64,000 nt of DNA. Origin: Deltaproteobacteria bacterium (GTDB taxonomy: Bacteria > Desulfobacterota > Desulfomonilia > UBA1062). Positions 59,233 to 64,000 of the stretch are shown here, one piece after another (the first letter of the stretch is position 1; each line of letters begins with the position of its first letter). Made by a program: the position numbers and the translations under genes. The notes beneath the pieces are model-generated. The model searched no databases. It was given only the letters and a program-made list of their open reading frames with translations, and was not told the origin of the DNA. The DNA lies in assembly GCA_018433775.1 (NCBI GenBank), contig JAHDQN010000040.1:20587-84586 (forward strand), read 5' to 3'.

Positions 59233-60621
59233 CTATGACCGCGTCGAGACCTTGCAGGAGCGGGCGCGCGCATTCCCGGCTCCGACAAGAGGAGCAGGCT
59301 TTCTGTCCGTGCTGCAGCGAACGAAGCAGCTCTTGCGTTCCTTTGCCTGATACATGGCCTCGTCCGCGCGTTTCAGAAGCACCTCGGCGTCATGGCCGTC
59401 TTCGGGAAAGACACTGATCCCGATACTGGTTGAGATGAAATCGATAGTGATGCCCATGATGTGATACGGCATGCACAGCACCTCGACGATCCTCCCCGCC
59501 ACCCGCTCGGCATTGAGGTTTCGCGAATTGGTGAGGATGACCGAAAACTCGTCGCCGCCGAGCCTGCTCACGTAATCGCTTTCGCGCACGGTCCTCCGGA
59601 GTCTGGCCGCCACCTCGGTGAGAAGCCGGTCGCCGGTCTCGTGACCATGAATGTCATTAACCTTCTTGAATGAATCCAGGTCCAGAAAAAGCACCGCTCT
59701 CCTGCCTTCGTAGCGTCTTGCCTCTTTGATGGTTTCGGTGAGCTTTTCCACGAAGGCCTTCCGGTTGAACAGCCCGGTAAGGGGATCGTGATACGCCATA
59801 TAGGTAAGCTCCTGCTCGAACCTCTTGCGTTCGGTGACATCGCGGATGATCCCCTGGAATCCGACCGGATCGCCCTTGCGGTCTTTTTTCAGGGAAACCG
59901 AGGTATCGGCGACGAAACGGGACCCGTCCTTCTTCATGAGCTCCCACTCGATCGACTTGACGGATTCGCCTGTGGTGAAGATCTTGTGGAACGCGCTGAA
60001 GACGTACGCGGCGTTGGTCTCGTCCATCAGCATCCGGTAGTTCATTCCCACCATCTCTTCCTCGGTGTAACCCATGTGTGCGGGAACCCGGTTGTTGAAA
60101 AAGGTGAAGTTGCCCGCCAGGTCAACCTCAAAGTATCCGTCTTCTATGGAGTCGAGAATGATCCGGAAGCGGGTGTCGCTCTCGATGAGGGCATGTTCCG
60201 TCTCCAGGCGTTCGGTGACGTCTCGGGCCACGCCCTGCACCATCTTCTTCCCCTCTTTGTCCGTGACCAGAATATTCTTGTACTCAATGACGTGGGATCG
60301 GCCGTCCCTGGATACCACCTGCATGAGCCCCTCGTCCTTTCCGTTTGAGGTGACCCGCTGGAGATAGTCGTCGAACTGTTTGCGGAAATGCTTCGGCATC
60401 ATGCTGCGGGCGTTTCTGCCCACCACGTCCTCGCGGTACAGCCCGAGCCTCCCGGTATAGTGGGGATTGAGCTCGGTGAAATTGCCTTCCAGATCGTGCT
60501 CGAACACGAACTCGGTGATGTCCTTGGAAATCTCCGCAAAACGCTCGCAGTAGTCTCCCAGCCTCATGTTGAGCTCGGATATCTTCCGCTCCAGATCCCG
60601 GTATGTCGGTTTTCCGGACAT
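59233..60621 (-). CDS. PAS-PAS-GGDEF diguanylate cyclase
   Basis: 462 aa with two PAS-like regions. The GGDEF domain is HDPLTGLFNRKAF...LDLDSFKKVNDIHGHETGD...RESDYVSRLGGDEFSVIL, with the I-site RxxD five residues before GGDEF. Confidence 0.9.
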   Translation of the reverse strand: MSGKPTYRDLERKISELNMRLGDYCERFAEISKDITEFVFEHDLEGNFTELNPHYTGRLGLYREDVVGRNARSMMPKHFRKQFDDYLQRVTSNGKDEGLMQVVSRDGRSHVIEYKNILVTDKEGKKMVQGVARDVTERLETEHALIESDTRFRIILDSIEDGYFEVDLAGNFTFFNNRVPAHMGYTEEEMVGMNYRMLMDETNAAYVFSAFHKIFTTGESVKSIEWELMKKDGSRFVADTSVSLKKDRKGDPVGFQGIIRDVTERKRFEQELTYMAYHDPLTGLFNRKAFVEKLTETIKEARRYEGRRAVLFLDLDSFKKVNDIHGHETGDRLLTEVAARLRRTVRESDYVSRLGGDEFSVILTNSRNLNAERVAGRIVEVLCMPYHIMGITIDFISTSIGISVFPEDGHDAEVLLKRADEAMYQAKERKSCFVRCSTDRKPAPLVGAGNARARSCKVSTRS

Positions 60622-61026
60622 GGAGGCCTTCCTCAGGCAGGACCGGCGGCATGAACGAGGAAATACCGCGTTTCATCCGCTGCTTGCTGCGCGTTCCGGA
60701 GCTTCAAGTATAGACCCCCCCATCAAGTACTTATTAGCATTCAGCACCTATCGGAAAATCTTCAGGAAAAAATTACCTTGATTTCAGGCCCCATGCTGCG
60801 GGCGGTTCGCGATCCGCTTCTACCTTTCACATTTTGCGCAGGCATCTTGACTTCATCCCGCACACCATTATCATTAACCCTACGCCTTGGGTTCACCTTC
60901 AAAAAAGTGAGTATCTCCCCATAGACCCTCACTCGGATTGGACCCAAGGCCTCCCTCTCGACCAGCGGATCCGGACCGGCACGCACATCCTTCACCGCCG
61001 GGGCCGCGCATGCGTACCGTGCACAT

Positions 61027-61764
61027 CTATACGCACATCCCTGTATGGCCCACCGCGCTCAGGTACAGCACGCTCTCCCGGATGCCGTCCACGCCGAGGA
61101 TCTCGTTGACCTCATTGTCGAACAGGGCCCCTGCGTGGCAGCACCCGAGCCCCATGCTGATGCTGGCCAGCGACAGGTTCTGGGCCATGTGCCCCGCCTC
61201 GATATACACGTACCGGTATCCCCGCTGCCGGTATCTCCACACCGTCCTCTGGAACACGGCGGTAAAGACGATGACCGCAGCGGCATGTGCGCACATGGCC
61301 TGGCCCAGTGCGGCCCGGGCCATAGCCTCGCTGAAGTCGCCCAGCTTCAGCTCTTCGAGCTGGTGCGTCTTCACCTGGTAGTGGTATACCCCCTGCTCCA
61401 GCCCTGCGGTCCTGGCGGCGATCACATAGGACTCCACCGGGTAGAGCGCCCCGGCCGAAGGGACCGTGCGGAAGGCAAAGCCCATCTCTTTTCTCTGGAT
61501 GCCGCTCGAGGTCCACAGAAGCGAGGAAAGGTTTTCCAGTGAAATCGGGGTGTCGAGAAAACGCCGGAGGCTCTTTCTCCTCAGCAGGGCTTCGTACAGG
61601 CTCAGGTCGCCGCACCGGTCGATGGCCGGCAGCGCTATCTTGCGCGCATGAGGATAATCCTTGTAGGTGGGCGGCTTCCCGTCCAGATCCAGGGATCCCC
61701 TGGGCATCCGCATCCTGTTGTACTTCGTCTCTCTTTGAAACCTCTCCCCGATTCCATCTTTCAT
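61027..61764 (-). CDS. SagB/ThcOx-type nitroreductase-family dehydrogenase
   Basis: 245 aa from the ATG at 61764 (GGGGAGGGG RBS): RFQRETKY...RRSLRRF...RTVPSAGALYPVESYV...GVYHY...GYRYVYIEAGHMAQNL. Confidence 0.7.
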   Translation of the reverse strand: MKDGIGERFQRETKYNRMRMPRGSLDLDGKPPTYKDYPHARKIALPAIDRCGDLSLYEALLRRKSLRRFLDTPISLENLSSLLWTSSGIQRKEMGFAFRTVPSAGALYPVESYVIAARTAGLEQGVYHYQVKTHQLEELKLGDFSEAMARAALGQAMCAHAAAVIVFTAVFQRTVWRYRQRGYRYVYIEAGHMAQNLSLASISMGLGCCHAGALFDNEVNEILGVDGIRESVLYLSAVGHTGMCV

Positions 61765-61891
61765 GGCACCCCTCCCCCGATTCATCACTGGTGCGAAAAG
61801 GAAAACGTATGTATATCGCACACCCTTAAGCAGCAGGGAAAAGAATCACGCCTTTTGAAAGCGGCGCCCCCCTTCCAGGAGAAGGCGCCCT

Positions 61892-62173
61892 TCAATCCTT
61901 GCGGGATCCGTAGTGCTCATCGAGCAGCTTCCTGGTCACCGACCCCGGCTTCTTCAGAATCTTCGAGCCCCGGGTTATTTTACAGAGGCTGATCTGATGG
62001 CGCGCAGCGATAGTTCTCTGGGCATGTCCGGCATGCAGCTCCTTGAGCAGCTCCCACCTGAGCTCCAGGTCCTTGATCTCCTTGGGGGTGAATATTTCCT
62101 GAAAAAACGAGGCCATCTCCTGATGGTCGTGGATGTCGGCGAATATCTTTTCCAGCTCGTGACGGGCAGTCAT
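61892..62173 (-). CDS. YerC/YecD (TrpR-related) family small DNA-binding protein
   Basis: 93 aa from the ATG at 62173 (AGGAGG RBS): FFQEIFTPKEIKDLELRWELLKELHAGHAQRTIAARHQISLCKITRGSKILK. Confidence 0.7.
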   Translation of the reverse strand: MTARHELEKIFADIHDHQEMASFFQEIFTPKEIKDLELRWELLKELHAGHAQRTIAARHQISLCKITRGSKILKKPGSVTRKLLDEHYGSRKD

Positions 62174-62314
62174 GGCAGCCTCCTGCAAGGGAATTATGGA
62201 TATAATTACAACACAACGATTCCTTTTTCCAGCGGTTCCTTGCTCATCCCGGATGGCGCCCATCCCCGCCGCTCCGCAGGGACAGCCGGCCTCGCGGGGC
62301 TCGTCGTGCCGGGC

Positions 62315-63469
62315 TCAGCGCATTATCCACTGGAGACGGCCCTTCTTCAGGGATATCGCCGCCTTCGGGCACACCTCGAGACAGCAGAGACACCGGATGC
62401 ACGCGCCGTAGTCGAACCGGGGTATCTCTTCTCCCTCTTCCGCCCTGCCGATCGCCTGGGCAGGGCAGATCTCCCTGCACTGATAGCAGAGCGTGCACCG
62501 TCCGGCCACCGGCACCGGGCGGTCGGTGAACAGATCCTTCATGATCCTGCGGAGAAGGGGAACCTGCAGAAGCCGGGTCGCCCCGGCCTTTTGCGGCGCC
62601 TGGAAACCGCGTAGGCGCATTTCGGCGATCCGCTCGCCTACGACCTCGACCTCTTCTCCCGACGAGATCCCGAACCCCCGCTGAAAACCCTCGGTCAGGG
62701 TGGCGCACCGGCTGATATCGAGGCCGCTCACCTGCACACCCACCCAGTCAACAGCCAGGGCATCGAGGCCTGCGACAATCGCATTCATGGGCCTGGGCCT
62801 GCCTGCAGACCCCGGGCCGTCGCCCTCCATGGCGACAATGGCATCCATGAGATGAACCATGGTCATGGGAGGATCGAACCCGTTGAGGAAGGCGCCGTAC
62901 AGGTCCAGAAGAAAGCCGGAAAAATCGTCCTTTTCCGGAAACTTGAGGTGCATCTGAGACTTCCGCAACCCTGGCACGGCCCCGAAAAGATTCTTCACCG
63001 CGGCGGTGATATAGGTGAGCCCGTGGGTCTTGAACTTGGGCAGGTTGACGATCAGGTCCGCATCGAAGAAGGCACGGGCGATCTCGAAGGTCTTCACCCT
63101 CCTGCCCCCGGGGTAGGAGAGCTTTTCGGTTTCGGACAGATCCGCCACCGGGATTCCGAGATCCTTGAGCACCGGCGCGTAACCGGCAGCCTTCAGGGCG
63201 TTGCCGAGGGATGCCACGGCGGGTGACTCAGCCAGGACCGGCCTACCCCCATGTTCTATGACGATCTCGGCGGCCGCGCGGAAAAAATGCGGATGGGTGA
63301 CCACCGCGCTCTGGGGCCGGGCCGCGGAGAGGAGATTCGGCTTCAGGACGACACGTGCCCCGCGAAACGACGAGACTGAGAAGCCGATGTCATTGAGGCC
63401 GCGGAGCATAGTTTCTTTGAGTGCCGGCAGTTCGTAGCCCCTGCATCGCAGAAGCGCAACACTGGTCAT
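62315..63469 (-). CDS. DUF362 domain protein with C-terminal 2x[4Fe-4S] ferredoxin
   Basis: VVLKPNLL...VNLPKFKTHGLTYITAAVKNLFG, then CTLCYQCREICP and CIRCLCCLEVCP. The start is ATG 63469, or alternatively 63490. Confidence 0.72.
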   Translation of the reverse strand: MTSVALLRCRGYELPALKETMLRGLNDIGFSVSSFRGARVVLKPNLLSAARPQSAVVTHPHFFRAAAEIVIEHGGRPVLAESPAVASLGNALKAAGYAPVLKDLGIPVADLSETEKLSYPGGRRVKTFEIARAFFDADLIVNLPKFKTHGLTYITAAVKNLFGAVPGLRKSQMHLKFPEKDDFSGFLLDLYGAFLNGFDPPMTMVHLMDAIVAMEGDGPGSAGRPRPMNAIVAGLDALAVDWVGVQVSGLDISRCATLTEGFQRGFGISSGEEVEVVGERIAEMRLRGFQAPQKAGATRLLQVPLLRRIMKDLFTDRPVPVAGRCTLCYQCREICPAQAIGRAEEGEEIPRFDYGACIRCLCCLEVCPKAAISLKKGRLQWIMR

Positions 63470-63728
63470 GACTGAGGACCTCTCTTTCATCAATGGGTAT
63501 GAACCTTCAACGGCAAGCCTTGTACCCTTTCTAAGCAGCAAGCTTGAACGGGAGTCAGACCCGCCCTTGCGTCCTCCGTAGCGAATGCGAAGGAGGATTG
63601 AGAATGAATGATATTCTTCATAATACCGGATGTATTTTCCCGGTCAATCCGAAGATGATTTGACGCATGAAATCCCCAAGGGTTATAGAAAACGGGAGAA
63701 TCATGCAAGGAGGAGGTGACCGGGAAGG

Positions 63729-64000
63729 ATGAAGCTGATCTCATGGAACGTCAACGGGCTCAGGGCCGCAGTGAAAAGCGGGTTTCAGGAAAAGGTGCAA
63801 ACGCTCGACGCCGATGTCGTATGCATTCAGGAGACAAGAACGGGTAACGGTGAAATCGCTGTCGATCTTCCCGGCTACCTGCAGTACTGGAACAACGCCG
63901 AGAAAAAAGGATATTCGGGAACGGCCGTGTTCTCCCGGAAGGAGCCGCTGTCCGTCTCGTACGGCATGGGCATGCCCGAGCACGACCGGGAGGGGAGGAT
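63729..64000 (+). CDS. xthA: Exodeoxyribonuclease III (partial, runs off right edge)
   Basis: I translated from the ATG at 63729: MKLISWNVNGLRAAVKSGFQEKVQTLDADVVCIQETR...GYSGTAVFSR. It is absent from the ORF track because it is open-ended. Confidence 0.85.
   Translation, partial: MKLISWNVNGLRAAVKSGFQEKVQTLDADVVCIQETRTGNGEIAVDLPGYLQYWNNAEKKGYSGTAVFSRKEPLSVSYGMGMPEHDREGR

Noticed and set aside
60762-60995. 77-aa minus-strand ORF in the gap between the GGDEF and SagB-like genes
   Set aside because: It has no RBS, no recognisable motif, and overlaps an equally long plus-strand ORF. There is insufficient evidence to call a gene.

Overview
The window comes from a GC-rich bacterial chromosome. Its gene content (split archaeal-type glutamate synthase, Bcd/EtfAB-type acyl-CoA dehydrogenase module, tal-pgi fusion, sigma-54 control) suggests an anaerobic Desulfobacterota/deltaproteobacterium-like organism, but I could not verify taxonomy. 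No database search was possible, so every product call rests on motifs I recognise in the translations.

(1) Positions 1-3967 are an AT-rich integron-type cassette array. It holds five single-gene, promoterless cassettes, all on the minus strand, separated by four clear 57-60 bp attC-like imperfect palindromes. No integron integrase lies between the array edge and the core gene pyrG. The cassettes encode a TIR-like protein, a DEDDh exonuclease-BRCT fusion, a zinc-ribbon/DUF4145-like protein, a membrane protein and an unknown protein. This is the best candidate for a novel accessory or defence locus.

(2) Positions 4.3-25.3 kb are a co-directional minus-strand block of glutamine-handling genes. 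In transcription order: split glutamate synthase (3 genes), glnA, carA, an unusual amino-sugar module (1243-aa GlmS-like protein, hexapeptide-repeat protein, glmM, nagB-like), carB and pyrG.

(3) Positions 25.8-38.2 kb carry pdxR divergent from pdxST, a GAF/sigma-54 activator with a PEP/pyruvate-binding-domain protein, amtB-glnK-glnD behind a perfect sigma-54 promoter, and an orphan hisF.

(4) Positions 38.4-64 kb carry an MCP, a 687-bp AT-rich non-coding gap, two tandem paralogous lipoproteins of unknown function, tal-pgi, glk, an Asp-to-Asn receiver domain, queH, a Clp1-like kinase, wrbA, acd-etfBA, htpG, a DUF1232-J-domain protein, bactofilin, a PAS-GGDEF protein, a SagB-like nitroreductase, a YerC/TrpR-like protein, a DUF362 Fe-S protein and a partial xthA.

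I saw no rRNA, tRNA or CRISPR array. Many long antisense ORFs in the track are GC-bias artefacts, and several track ORFs carry spurious N-terminal extensions, which I trimmed to RBS-supported starts.
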